DNA of 64,000 bases from an uncultured Acidimicrobiia bacterium (GCA_963786955.1 CAWBAT010000004.1:1-64000); one strand, 5' to 3'. Positions 40,796-51,990 are shown, counted from the first letter of the stretch. Program-made: numbers and translations. The notes: generated by a model from the sequence alone, not told the origin.

Positions 40796-41873
40796 TCACG
40801 AATGGCTTGGGATCTTGGAACCGCCAACCCACTTTACTCCGACAGATTCTGCATTGAGGCAAATTTGTTCCCAGGTTTTTGGATCGATCGGAATTCCATG
40901 GGCGCTCCGCTCTTTCAACAGGCGAAAGTCTAATTCTCCAGGCAGCACGACTTCTTTATGGTTAGGTGCCACAGGAGAAGATTTAAGGTGATCTCTCAGC
41001 TCTTTGGTGAGCCCATCAAATTCTTGACGAGAAAGGAATGCCGAAACATTGACCACAATGAAACAGATCCCGTTCCCCGGCTGGGGGACAGTCGTCCTGG
41101 TACCAGCCAAAAGCCCTGCCAGGACCTCCATCAAGATCCCAAGCGCAAACCCTCGGTACCCCAAGTCCCCTCCAAAGGGCAAAATACCGCCTCTGGGGGG
41201 GCCATAAAAATCAGCCGGATCGTTGCTGGGGTTGCCTTTTGCGTCAACAATCCAGCCGTTAGGCAATAGTTTCTTTTGGTTTAGATACAGCCTGATCTTC
41301 CCTTCCGGAGCCTGGGAAGTCGAAAAATCGGCCAAGATAGGAGCGTCCGATCCACAAGGAATAGCAAAAGAAATCGGGTTTGTAGAGAGACGTCCTTCGC
41401 GTCCTCCCCAGGGGAGAACAAAATGCCCGTCTCCGGGCGGGGAGTTACATGCCGCAATGGCAATAAAGCCCTGCTCTGCTGCCGCTTGAGTGTAAGCGCC
41501 CAGTCGACCCACGTGACTACAGCGCCGGGTCACGACAGTTGCCGTGTTGTGGTTGCGTGCTTTATCGACCGCACATTGTACTGCTCTCAAGGCCCCCACT
41601 TGGCCATAATTCCAGCCGCAGTCCAGGATTGCGGTTGTCTCCGTTTCGTTGCTCAAGCGAATGGGTGCGCCCGGGATCGATTCTTCCATCCCGGACTTCT
41701 GGCACATACTGACAAATTCGAATGATTCCATGCGAATCGTAACCCATCAGGTTTGCCTTAACCAGATGGTCCGCGATCATCACGGCTTCATCCTGCGGCG
41801 CTCCGCATCCGACGAAGACTCTTGCTGCAAATTCTTTCAGGTCTTGAGCTACAAAGTTCAGGGTTTCAGGCAT
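40796..41873 (-). CDS. Ldh_2-family (malate/L-lactate/L-sulfolactate) dehydrogenase, frameshift near 41700
   Basis: ANLMGYDSHG, SHVGRLGAY, LSTNPISFA and PFGG..GYRGFAL. Confidence 0.85.
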
Positions 41874-42027
41874 AAAACTCCAAAAGGGGATAATTAATCT
41901 TGAAAACTCCCGCCAAATTTATTCAGTCCACTTGACAAAAAATTAACCTTCGCCTGCGAAGATCTCAGCCTTTCTTTTCCCTGTCAAGCGTATCCGCTCA
42001 AGGCCAATCTCAGAAAAATCTACTCCC

Positions 42028-42441
42028 TCAAAACACGTCCACTTTTGCAAGGATGCTGAAGAGGACAAGAATGCCGATGAAAAAGACCAGGAGTGAGACC
42101 ACGATCGTCACTTTCCAAGATTGTTACCGGTTGTGGAAGCCAAGTGCCTTCACATATTTCCAATAAGCAATCGTGGCGGCCAGCAACGAAAATGTTCCCG
42201 TTGCGATCAAGGTGAGGCCGAGGTTCCGCGGCCCATTGGGAAGGATAAGGGCCACCATCCCTGACTTGTGTAGAGATTCCATGACGCGGTAGATTGTGAA
42301 ACCAAAGGCAATCAAGGCCACTGCGGTTCGAATCCAAGCCAGCAAGGTGCGGTCGGCTGCGAGCAGGTTTCGGGCAGCCGCCAAATCTGTCCGTTCACTG
42401 GCAAGCATTAGGCCTTCATCACGTTTCTTTCCTTCGTCCAT
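42028..42441 (-). CDS. YidH/DUF202 membrane protein, probable frameshift near 42125
   Basis: LAADRTLLAWIRTAVALIAFGF. Confidence 0.8.
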
Positions 42442-42534
42442 GTACTCCTTCCCAAGTCGAGAGTGGTCCCAGGCTGGAGTAGCTCGTGGCTTCCTTCATT
42501 TGTGCGGAACGGGCTCTCTGTCGCGCGTTCTTTT

Positions 42535-42838
42535 ATTTACCCCTCGATTTATCGAGGGGTTTGCGTGTCAGAGTAAGGCCCGTTAACCGTTTTAACGGTT
42601 TCTTCTTTCATGTAGATGCCTTTGGATTCTGCATAGTTCGACAAAAACCCTGACACTCTGCCTGCCACTTCCCCAAATAGCATCCGTTCTCGATTCAAGG
42701 TTGTCCAAATCAAGTGAAGCCAGCAGCGTGAGTATGAGTGAATAGACACTGGAAATCCCTCCTCCCGAGGAAACCGTTAAAACGGTTGGCCGCCAATGTA
42801 GGTTGGGATACCCCTCGATGAATCGAGGGGTAAATGAA
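42535..42838 (-). mobile_element. tnpA: Internally deleted IS200/IS605-type (Y1) element flanked by paired hairpins
   Basis: HSYSRCWLHLIWTTLNRE is a Y1 TnpA N-terminus. It is flanked in inverted orientation by CCCCTCGAT.(T/A)ATCGAGGGG and AACCGTT(T/A)(T/A)AACGGTT hairpins. Confidence 0.75.
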
Positions 42839-42860
42839 ACCCTCAAGGCAGGGTTTCTAG

Positions 42861-43655
42861 CTATTGGACCTTCAAGCTGGCTTGTAGAGTGAATTCCAGG
42901 CGCGTCTCTGAGGGAATTTTCAGGTGTTGCTGCCCGCTGGCTGACAAGATAGCTCCGCCGGTCCCGCCTGCGGCTGCACCAATGGCGGCGCCTTTGCCTC
43001 CCCCGGCAATCCCACCAATGATGGCACCCAGCCCTGCACCACCTAACGTTTTCTTGGCTGTGCTCTTCCCTTCAGACCCGCCTTTAGATTCAGCTACGCT
43101 GCTAACCACAGGATAGGAAGTCCCATGCACTTTGATGCTAATCACTTTGAGCTGGATTAAGTCGTTTCCCTTCATGCGTCCGGACTGCTGCACTTTCACA
43201 GCCTGCAAGACCACATCGGCTCCCCTGGGAATCTCCACAGCACCGCCCACCATCACCGGATCATCCAAACTCGCCTGATACTTGGCCCCAGCCTTCGAGA
43301 CGTCCACATCGATGGGATCGATGGTTCTCACCCGCAACAGGGTTCCGCTCGAGACAATGACGGGGGGCCTGGAAGCTGTCGTGGGAGCGGGTTTCGCCGC
43401 AGCGGCTCCGCCGGATGAAGGTGACAGCGTGGATGCTGAAAAGCTGAGGCTGACTACCGACTGAATGGGATAGCTTTCCATCTTCCCCGCTTGGGACATA
43501 AAATCAATCTGGCGCGTGTTGCCTCCCAGGAAAGTTCCTTGAATGGCACGCCCGTCCCGGAGCTTGATCGTGTCTGCTCGTAAGGACGGTATGTTGAACA
43601 GGAACGATAAACTCAAGATAATCGCAATGAACCATTTCATCGATAAGTCCTCCAA
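42861..43655 (-). CDS. Secreted protein with glycine-zipper motif
   Basis: Signal peptide, DTIKLRDG, GGAGLGAIIGGIAGGGKGAAIGAAAGG and IPSETRLEF. Confidence 0.75.
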   Translation of the reverse strand: MEDLSMKWFIAIILSLSFLFNIPSLRADTIKLRDGRAIQGTFLGGNTRQIDFMSQAGKMESYPIQSVVSLSFSASTLSPSSGGAAAAKPAPTTASRPPVIVSSGTLLRVRTIDPIDVDVSKAGAKYQASLDDPVMVGGAVEIPRGADVVLQAVKVQQSGRMKGNDLIQLKVISIKVHGTSYPVVSSVAESKGGSEGKSTAKKTLGGAGLGAIIGGIAGGGKGAAIGAAAGGTGGAILSASGQQHLKIPSETRLEFTLQASLKVQ

Positions 43656-43656
43656 A

Positions 43657-44193
43657 TTATTTGACCACCGGTAGTGAGGCCTCGACCTGGAGATCGAGCA
43701 GCATGAGCAATTGGCTTTCTACTTGTAGAAAGCGCACCGCCGTGATCGCGTCAAGCGATTGCTTGATCCGTTCGTAATATTTTAGCTTCAGGTCGTGCCT
43801 TTCCTGCTCCAGCCTGAGGGCGCCACGGGCCAATTCGTCGGCAATCGCATCCGTCATGTTCTGGTAGTGATCGGCATACTTCTTGATCAGGGCCAGCTTT
43901 TCGTCACCGCTACGGATGAGCTCAACCTCATATTCCTTGTAAATGGGCCAGAACTTGGCCGCCTCCGCAGGCTCGAGTTTCATGACTTCATCAAGCACCC
44001 TGGCATTCTCCTTTCGGACATCCGAGCGTAACAGTTCGATGTAGGCCCGCAGATTCAGATCCATGTCAGATGGAACAGTCTCCGATTGAGGAGCCGCGGT
44101 TGGATGATCCGTCTTGGCTTTCTCCGAGGTTTGCCCAAACGTGATGACCGTGGCCAGGAAAACTCCTGCCACGACTCCTGCGATTTTCTTCAT
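43657..44193 (-). CDS. Secreted helical hypothetical protein
   Basis: Signal peptide; EAAKFWPIYKEY and AVRFLQVE. Confidence 0.75.
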   Translation of the reverse strand: MKKIAGVVAGVFLATVITFGQTSEKAKTDHPTAAPQSETVPSDMDLNLRAYIELLRSDVRKENARVLDEVMKLEPAEAAKFWPIYKEYEVELIRSGDEKLALIKKYADHYQNMTDAIADELARGALRLEQERHDLKLKYYERIKQSLDAITAVRFLQVESQLLMLLDLQVEASLPVVK

Positions 44194-44218
44194 AGGCTAA
44201 GACCTCCTTGTTTCATTA

Positions 44219-44603
44219 GATTGCGTTGCCCTTACAGGACAACGGACCTATTGGATTCGTCATCGAGGGCGTTGCCCTCGGCTACGGTGTTACAAGGCCT
44301 TTCAGGCCGTTGGCATACCGCGGACGTTCGTTGTAGCCAGGGTCGTTGACCCGGCCTCACCGAGGCCGGCTACAATAACACGCGGTAGGGCGGTCTCGCC
44401 GAGACCGCCGCGGAGATTCGGCGCGCTCGGCGAGTGCGCCCTACCAACACCGTCTACGAATAACATTTAAGGACGTGCCACACAGATCGTGTCGAACTAC
44501 AGTCCTCGGCATGTCTTCAGCCTGAATAGGCTGACACACCATAGCCGAGGGCAACGCCCGGTTCGAGGCCCAACGTATCTCCTGTCCTGTAAGGGCAATA
44601 CAA
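44219..44603. repeat. Composite REP cluster bounded by long inverted arms
   Basis: TTGCCCTTACAGGACA...GGGCGTTGCCCTCGGCTA versus TAGCCGAGGGCAACGCCC...TGTCCTGTAAGGGCAA, enclosing TGTAGCC..GGCTACA and GTAGGGC..GCCCTAC units. Confidence 0.75.
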
Positions 44604-44624
44604 CATGCGGTTCAATGGTCCTGT

Positions 44625-45128
44625 TTATTGTTTCTCTAGGGGAAGCTTGAAAACTATACGGTTCCAATGGCCTTGTTCCCCTCTAATTTGAAGCAGGAAA
44701 TAGGCCGCATTGCTTGCAGAGGATTTGTATACTCGAAGCGTTGCCTTCCAGTCCCGGTTTTCTTCTTCATATTGGGTTGCGCCGGTCTTGCTAAAACGAC
44801 GCTCTTCTCCGGTCAACACAGGTTCTGCTGAGGAACGCATATAATGAGTTCCAACCAGCGGGATACGCGCAGAGGCAAGCTCAGAATTAGGATCTGGTAG
44901 GGGCTTGACGATGGCTATGACTTTTCCCGCCGATGAAAAGGTCAATACATAATCATCCTTCTCCGGTTTAGCTTCTAACTCGTACTCCCCAATTTCCAGC
45001 GTGGCTCCTTGCGGCGTAGACAGCTGGACAGGAATCCGCATCAGGCCTTTGTAAGAAGGCAAATCTGCAGCAAAGGAGCGAGTGGATATTAAACTAAGAA
45101 GGAAAAAGACAAGTACCCGAAACTGCAT
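44625..45128 (-). CDS. Secreted hypothetical protein
   Basis: Signal peptide ending SFA; 167-aa ORF; AGGA upstream. Confidence 0.65.
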   Translation of the reverse strand: MQFRVLVFFLLSLISTRSFAADLPSYKGLMRIPVQLSTPQGATLEIGEYELEAKPEKDDYVLTFSSAGKVIAIVKPLPDPNSELASARIPLVGTHYMRSSAEPVLTGEERRFSKTGATQYEEENRDWKATLRVYKSSASNAAYFLLQIRGEQGHWNRIVFKLPLEKQ

Positions 45129-45572
45129 TCCTGGGGCTCCTGGGTCGAATTAACGAGCTGTTGCTACGATCGGAATTTCGAGATGGACAAGAATTCTTCA
45201 AGCTAGGGCGCGCTCGCTGAGCGCGCCGCCAGTCGGCGGTTTCAGCGAAACCGCCCTACCCTTAACCCTGCCAAAATTCTGCGCTTGCACATTTGGCTTT
45301 TAGAGCTGCTTGTGTAAACTCCTGGCGCCGAAAAATCGAAACGCCAAGAGCACCAAGAAAAAGACTCGATACCCGTTGAGGGAATTGTCAACATTCTCCT
45401 CAGTCACCGCGTCTGCAGTCATGAAAGCTCCTATCCTGGCGATCTTTGTGTTTTTGGCGTTTCCATCTTCCGGCCATAACGGGAATGACAAGCAACGGTT
45501 GAGGGCAGTTAGGAGGCTTCGCAGTGCTCAGCCCTTCAACACAATCTGGGAGCCCGAAATAAGAAAAGTTAT

Positions 45573-47035
45573 TCAGCTAACTTTGAATGAGTTCTTGGCA
45601 ACCTCGACTCCATACTCGCCGTCGCCTCCGACTCCCGTGAGCCGCTTTTCAAGCCCAGAGACCTGGACATTCAATTTTTTGTGATCCAGACCCAATAGGG
45701 TGAGCATGGCGGCGTGAAGATCATTCGCGTGGACCTTATCTTCTACAGCACGAAATCCTAACTCATCTGTTGAGCCGATGACCTTGCCACCTTTTATTCC
45801 CCCCCCGCCATCCAGGCCGTAAAGCCGTAAGGGTTGTGGTCGCGACCCTCTCTTCCCTGCATCATCGGGGTTCGACCAAACTCCCCTACGCAGACGACCA
45901 AGGTACTCTCCAGTAATCCCCTCTGTTTCAGATCCCCCAGCAGTCCTGCAATCGGGAGATCGGTTTTGGCAGCATTGAGTCGGTGAAGGCGATCATTCTC
46001 GGAATGACCGTCCCAATCGCTGTTATATAGATGAACAAAACGGACCCCTCGTTCGACCATGCGTCGAGCCAACAGACAAATGCGCCCAAACTTGGCGGTA
46101 GGTTCGGTATCCATGCCGTACATCTTCCGCACATGATCCGGCTCCTGGCCAATATCGATTAACTCAGGACCTTCGGTCTGCATCCGGAAGGCCAGCTCAA
46201 AATTACTGATTCGGGCGGATAGAGCCGTATCGTCGGATCTCTCCTCAAGATGTCGCAGATTCCAACTCTTCAATTGCTCCAAAATCGCCATCTGACTTGG
46301 AGCATCAATTTGTGGCGGGGGAGCGAGATTTTCTAAAGGGACGCCCTCGGTTGCTAGGACTGTAGCCTGGTAGAGTGCCGGCAAAAATCCTGACCCAATA
46401 GCGGCTTTCCCGTTTCGCATAAAGCTGTCCGCCATGACGATATAAGAAGGCAAATTTTGGGTTTCACTGCCAAGCCCATAGAGGACCCAGGCCCCCATAC
46501 TGGGATAGCCGAGACGAATCGTCCCTGTATGAATGATCCCAAGAGCCGGCCCATGAACAAAGGATTCGTGGTAGCAGGACCGGATAATCGCTAGATCGTC
46601 CGCATGCTTGGCCAAATTCTGGAAAAGATCTGAGATCTCCAGGCCTGAACTGCCGTAGCGCCCGAAAACTCTTCGCGAGCCCATGAGTTTAGCCTCTTCG
46701 GCCTTGATCTGAGCCAGACCCAGCATCCCTTCCCGGAAGCTGGCCGGAAGCAGTTGCCCGTCAAGCTTTGCCAGTTCTGGCTTCGGGTCAAATGTATCGA
46801 CCTGGCTAGGCCCGCCTTGCAGGAAAATGAAAATGACACTCCTGGCTTTGGCCGGAAATTGCGGCGACTTTGCAGCAAGCGGGTTACTCCTTTCCGGCAA
46901 GCTTGTCGAACCATGGACTGATCTTGAATTGAGCAGATAACTGAGCGCGAGTGAACCGAAACCAAAACTCGATTTTTCTAGGAAGTCACGGCGGGAATTC
47001 ACTGGAACGGATCGATTGCAAGAATATATATTCAA
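45573..47035 (-). CDS. DUF1501 family protein (Tat signal), frameshift in C-run near 45800
   Basis: SRRDFLE, GGPSQVDTFDPKP, GVRFVHL, WDGH, GEFGRTP and GRDHNP; the C-terminus continues in another frame. Confidence 0.88.
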
Positions 47036-47052
47036 TAGTTTCGCTCCCCAAA

Positions 47053-49962
47053 TTAATCGATAAAAACAAATTCGTTAAGATTCAATACGGTGAGGCACAA
47101 CTCTGTGAGGGCATGCATTTGAGCTGGGTCGCGGTCCTCAAACTCCTTGGGATGCTCGTCATCAGTGCCTTTGGCGGCTTTTTCATTCGCAAGCCCCTGC
47201 ATGAAGTTGAGGGCCTCCTCAGCCTCCTGGGCGGAAGGTGGCCGGGCCAGAGCGATGCGCCAGGCAGCGTTGATCCAGGACGAGGGATTGGGCCCATAGT
47301 CCCGGACCAATCGAGCCGCAAACTGTTGGGCCTGCCGATAGGACATGTAGTTATTCAAGCCCCAAAGCGCTTGTGGAGCCACCGTCGTCATATCCCGTCG
47401 GGGGCAACTTGCCGAAGAGTCAGGACGGTCAAATTTATCAAACAGAGGAAACATGAAATTCCGGCGCGAAAGAATGTAGACACCGCGACGAAGGCCCTCA
47501 TTGGGATCAGAGGGTGTGACCCAGACGTCCTTGATTCTCAGTGCTGTCAGTTCCGACTTAGAAAGCGGAGGCATGATGGGGCGTCCGCCCATTTTCAAAT
47601 TTAAATTACCGGCAACAGCATGGACCGAATCCCAGACAGCTTCAGCTTCCAACCGCTGCCGGTTCATGCGCCATAAATAAGCGTTTCCCGGATCAATTTT
47701 GGAATTGTCAGAGGAAGTAAAACGGCTGTCGCGTTGGTAGGCATCTGACAACATGATCAGTCGATGCAGGGATTTCAGACTCCAATCTTGCTCCACAAAC
47801 TCAGAAGCAAGCCAATCCAGCAGCTCTGGATGTGACGGGCGTTGCCCTTGCCGGCCAAAGTCATTTGCCGTGCTCACGATTCCCTGACCGAAGTGACCTT
47901 GCCAGACCCGATTTACCAAGACCCTTGCAGTCAACGGGTGATCCGGACGAGTCAACCAGAGAGCGAATTGTTTGCGATAACGCGGGGCAGCCGAGTCAAT
48001 GCTTAGTTTTTCGGGATCTTCGTCGTTGAGGAGGATGGCGGGCAGGGCCGGTCCGACTTTGCTCTTGTATTTTCCAAGGTCCCCTCTCTCCAAAACATAG
48101 ACATCTGGCAACAGTTCGGGCTCGATGTGTCCCAACACCGTGGCAGAAGGAAGGTCAAAGAAACCATCAAAGCGAACTGAATGGGACACATCTTTCTGGG
48201 GCACCCGGATGACCGATTTGACTAAATCTTCGCCCAACTTTTCATGAAGAGCCTTCTCTTGCGGCGTGAAGTTCTCTTCGACTTTAATAGATTCGGCGAA
48301 TTTGGCGAGAGGAGTTGCTAACTCGGTGAGCTGCATTGTCCGCTTTTCTGGCGGAGTCTCATAGGCGATCACTATTTCCGGCGAAAATTCTCTCTTTTTG
48401 GCCTCAATGACTCGTTCCCTGACGCTCTTGTCTAAGGCCAGATAGGCCTTCCGAGCCTCATCTAAGGCAATCATTCTAAAGTAGTCTTCATTACGATGGG
48501 ACGCCGTCGCGCCCGTCGCCACCGGGATTATTACAGGAGTGCTCGGGGCAAAAACGGCCTGCAGTTGAAAGTAATCTTTTTGCGAGATGGGATCGAATTT
48601 GTGATCGTGGCAACGAGCACAATTGAACGTCAATCCGAGGAAGGCAGAGGCTGTCGTGTCAACAGCATCGGTAAGCCGTTCATATCTGAGCTTGGTGCCA
48701 TCCAGCTGGGACTCCTGGATTTCTTGACCAAACGTATAGAGGGATGTGCCAATCCGCGCCTCCATATGTTCTAATTTTTCATAGGGCACATCAAAGAAAC
48801 CCTTGAGATCCAAATTGTCTGGCCAAAGTTCATCACCCGCGATTTGTTCCTGGACAAAGCGGTCGTAGGGCTTGTCGTCGTTGAAGGACTTAATCACATA
48901 ATCCCGGTAACGCCAGGCGTTGGGGTAGTAAACATCGCCTTCGAATCCAGCACTATCTGCGTATCGGACAACATCCAACCAGTGTCTTCCCCAACGCTCT
49001 CCATACTGGGGCAAGCTCAAGAGCGTATCGATGACCTTCTCGAAGGCATCTGGTGAAGTGTCCTGAAGAAATTGGTCGACCTGATCGGGGGTCGGCGGCA
49101 GACCGATAAGATCAAAGTAGGCCCGGCGGATGAGCGTCCGCTTATCGGCTTTTGGAGCTGGCTTCAGCCCTTTCTCTTGTAATTTCGTAAAAACAAAGGC
49201 ATCGATGGGATTCGGAATTGGATGTGCAGGATCCGATCGAGGAACGGGGGTACTGTGCAGCTTCTTAAATGACCACCACGAGGGTTCCGGTCTACGCCCT
49301 GGCCCGGTTGCCAGACTCCAAGGAGCTCCTTCCAAGATCCAGTTTCTCAATACTTCCAGCTCGTTGGCAGGGAGTGCGGCTCTGCCCATTGGCATCTTAA
49401 GCTCTCCCTGCCGTAAAATAGATTGGTAAAGAAGGCTCTGCTCTGGCTTTCCCGGAATCAGCACTGGCCCCCGATTCCCCCCTTTCATGGCTGTTTCCTT
49501 GCTTCGCAGGTCCAAGCCCGACGTTTGATTCGCGCCATGGCACTCGATGCAATGACTGGTCAGAATCATTAAGGCCGCTTGTTCGGCAGAAGATTCTAAA
49601 GAAGCCCAGGGGGCTCCTTCATCAATCCATTTCCGTAAGATTTCCTGTTCCTCTCGAGAAATAGGATCTTTGCCTGGAGGCATCTTCAATTCGGCCTGAT
49701 GAGAAAGGGACTGATAGAGGAGGCTGCCCGCGGCCTTCCCCGGAACGATGGCGGGGCCCCTCTTCCCTCCCTTGAGCATGGTCTCTCGCTGCCTTAAGTC
49801 TAAACCGGACATCTGGCTGGCCCCATGACAGGTCATGCAATTTCTGTCCAATACCGCCTTGGCATCTTGTCCGTTAGAGTCTCCCGAATAGATGAATACG
49901 GAAGCCTCCAGCAAACAAGCGAGGACCATTGCTGCACGAATTTTCAGCCTAAAAGATGTCAT
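47053..49962 (-). CDS. PSD1/DUF1549/DUF1553 protein with two N-terminal cytochrome c domains
   Basis: CMTCH, CIECH and CARCHDHK; the duplicated SGLDLR..ET..KGG.RGP..PGK unit. Confidence 0.9.
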   Translation of the reverse strand: MTSFRLKIRAAMVLACLLEASVFIYSGDSNGQDAKAVLDRNCMTCHGASQMSGLDLRQRETMLKGGKRGPAIVPGKAAGSLLYQSLSHQAELKMPPGKDPISREEQEILRKWIDEGAPWASLESSAEQAALMILTSHCIECHGANQTSGLDLRSKETAMKGGNRGPVLIPGKPEQSLLYQSILRQGELKMPMGRAALPANELEVLRNWILEGAPWSLATGPGRRPEPSWWSFKKLHSTPVPRSDPAHPIPNPIDAFVFTKLQEKGLKPAPKADKRTLIRRAYFDLIGLPPTPDQVDQFLQDTSPDAFEKVIDTLLSLPQYGERWGRHWLDVVRYADSAGFEGDVYYPNAWRYRDYVIKSFNDDKPYDRFVQEQIAGDELWPDNLDLKGFFDVPYEKLEHMEARIGTSLYTFGQEIQESQLDGTKLRYERLTDAVDTTASAFLGLTFNCARCHDHKFDPISQKDYFQLQAVFAPSTPVIIPVATGATASHRNEDYFRMIALDEARKAYLALDKSVRERVIEAKKREFSPEIVIAYETPPEKRTMQLTELATPLAKFAESIKVEENFTPQEKALHEKLGEDLVKSVIRVPQKDVSHSVRFDGFFDLPSATVLGHIEPELLPDVYVLERGDLGKYKSKVGPALPAILLNDEDPEKLSIDSAAPRYRKQFALWLTRPDHPLTARVLVNRVWQGHFGQGIVSTANDFGRQGQRPSHPELLDWLASEFVEQDWSLKSLHRLIMLSDAYQRDSRFTSSDNSKIDPGNAYLWRMNRQRLEAEAVWDSVHAVAGNLNLKMGGRPIMPPLSKSELTALRIKDVWVTPSDPNEGLRRGVYILSRRNFMFPLFDKFDRPDSSASCPRRDMTTVAPQALWGLNNYMSYRQAQQFAARLVRDYGPNPSSWINAAWRIALARPPSAQEAEEALNFMQGLANEKAAKGTDDEHPKEFEDRDPAQMHALTELCLTVLNLNEFVFID

Positions 49963-50201
49963 CGTTTCACGCGCTATAAGCTATCATAATACACGACTTC
50001 CCAAGATCTTTCCACTCCAGGAGTATCGCTTGTATCCAGGCCGGATAGCGGGTGAAGCATTGAGAATGCTTCACCCGTACAGCAGTTGCAGGCTGCACGC
50101 CGGGGGGATGATCCTTTATACAATGGATCACTGTTTACATGGCTATCAAGAGCTTGATCGACACTGGGCGGGAGACAGGTCTCTATCTTCAAGAAATTTC
50201 A

Positions 50202-51062
50202 TTACCACGTCTTTTTGAATGGATCACCGTCATCGGCCCGCCTCTCCAATGTATTTAGAGTCCATTGGGAATTCCGCTCCAGCTCAAAAGTAGAAACCGT
50301 CAAACCACTGGCATGAAGGGCAAGAGCTTCAAAAATTCGATTAGCGATCAAAAGGTTCCCCACTTTGTGCGCATGCACTCCGTCATAATGGATTAACCAA
50401 TCGGCCCCTTTTTCAGCTTCCCATACATCCGCCAGTATGCAATCGAACTCTTCAGCTAGACTGCGAATACAATCGTTATATGTGAGCGTTAGTTCAATGC
50501 CCCCTTTGTCAATGGGGGACCAGCTTCTATATCCGGTCATATAGTAAACGTTCGTGAGCACACATACCGGTGAACAGGCCTCCTTCACATCGCGAAGGAT
50601 CGTCGCCATGTCTTCTCGAAATTCTTGAATTGGCATGCCCGCCCGCATGTCATTCAGGCCATAGGCCAGAATGAACAAGTCCGGCTTGAAATCGATGACG
50701 TCCTTCTTATACCTTTCCAAAGCACTTGGCTTGGCTGATTGTGAATATCCAGGACTGCGTGGTGAGATGGAGTTATTGCTGATTCCCTTGTTGATGTACT
50801 CGATTGATTTTTTCTGGCAGGAATTAATCAACCGCACCAGCACATCCGGGTAGCGATCTTTCTGGTTATCAAGCCAGGGACCACCTTGAACTGTACTCTC
50901 TCCAAGAATGACCAGACGCTTAAATGGTTCTTTCTTATAATCCTTGGGTTTTTGAATCCCTTCAGCGGGCCCAGCCCAAAGCTTGCCGCTTAGGAGTAAG
51001 GGGCTACTACTCGCTGCAAGCCCGATGGATGAGTTTTTCAGAAATTCACGACGTCGCATCAT
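50202..51062 (-). CDS. SGNH/GDSL hydrolase with Tat signal
   Basis: RRREFLK, ILGEST (block I), NKGIS, YGLND and DGVH. Confidence 0.8.
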   Translation of the reverse strand: MMRRREFLKNSSIGLAASSSPLLLSGKLWAGPAEGIQKPKDYKKEPFKRLVILGESTVQGGPWLDNQKDRYPDVLVRLINSCQKKSIEYINKGISNNSISPRSPGYSQSAKPSALERYKKDVIDFKPDLFILAYGLNDMRAGMPIQEFREDMATILRDVKEACSPVCVLTNVYYMTGYRSWSPIDKGGIELTLTYNDCIRSLAEEFDCILADVWEAEKGADWLIHYDGVHAHKVGNLLIANRIFEALALHASGLTVSTFELERNSQWTLNTLERRADDGDPFKKTW

Positions 51063-51216
51063 TAGTTTTACCCTCGCCAAAAATCTGGCAGCAATGTAAC
51101 TCTGAGGAATGAAAGAGTCAAGGTTGCTTGACAAGATCTCAAAGTCGAGGTGTTATTGAGCAGTATTTAACAAGGATTTTTGATTACTCCGCCAAAACGT
51201 GATCAGGAGAGTGACA

Positions 51217-51990
51217 GTGAAGACCAACCAGGTTCGTGAGAAATTGAGGGCTGGACAATCATCCCTCGGGTGTTTTGTAGGATTGGGGAGTCCAAATGCA
51301 GCTGAGCTTTTGGCGCACGCCGGTTTCGAATGGCTCATCATCGAGACTGAACATAGTGCGCTCGACTCAGCCGAAATTGAACACATGCTGATGGCAGTCA
51401 ACGGGACAGAAGCCGTTCCTATTGTGAGAGTCCCATCCGATGATCCCGTTTACATCCAACGCGCGCTGGATTTTGGAGCCTTGGGAATCATGGTTCCCAT
51501 GGTAAGAACGGTCGAAGAGGCTCAGGCAGTGGTTCGGGCTACACGCTACCCACCGGCAGGCACACGCGGCTACAATCCACTTAGGGCTGCGCATTACTCG
51601 TTTGACAGCAAAGACTATTTTTATCGCGCCAATGACAACCTTCTTATTGCATTGATTTTGGAGACTAAAGAAGCTGTTCAGAATATGGAAGCCATTGCTT
51701 CTGTACCTGGCGTAGACGTTTTGTTTCTAGGTCCTTTTGATTTGTGCCTTTCCCTGGGACTGGATCCCATGAAACAACCGCACCCCCAGGTGGAAGCCGT
51801 CATTGAACAGATGCTTTCAATCGCGAAAAAGACCGGGGTCGGCACCGGGATTCATGCCTTCAGTACAGATCAATTGCACAAGAGGCAGGCTCAGGGATTT
51901 ACGATGATCAGCTACAGTACGGACTATGTACTCCTGGCGGAGGCTGCCCGAACCGGGTTGGAGGCATATCGCAAACGGCCACAACAGTGA
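51217..51990 (+). CDS. HpcH/HpaI aldolase family
   Basis: IETEHS, RALDFGALGIMVP, RYPPAGTRG and LFLGPFDL. Confidence 0.88.
   Translation: MKTNQVREKLRAGQSSLGCFVGLGSPNAAELLAHAGFEWLIIETEHSALDSAEIEHMLMAVNGTEAVPIVRVPSDDPVYIQRALDFGALGIMVPMVRTVEEAQAVVRATRYPPAGTRGYNPLRAAHYSFDSKDYFYRANDNLLIALILETKEAVQNMEAIASVPGVDVLFLGPFDLCLSLGLDPMKQPHPQVEAVIEQMLSIAKKTGVGTGIHAFSTDQLHKRQAQGFTMISYSTDYVLLAEAARTGLEAYRKRPQQ

Noticed and set aside
45300-45684. ORFs 45310..45684 and 45300..45491
   Set aside because: They overlap an AAACGCCAAGAGCACCAAGA / TCTTTGTGTTTTTGGCGTTT inverted repeat and, for the longer ORF, the DUF1501 3' end. Probably non-coding.
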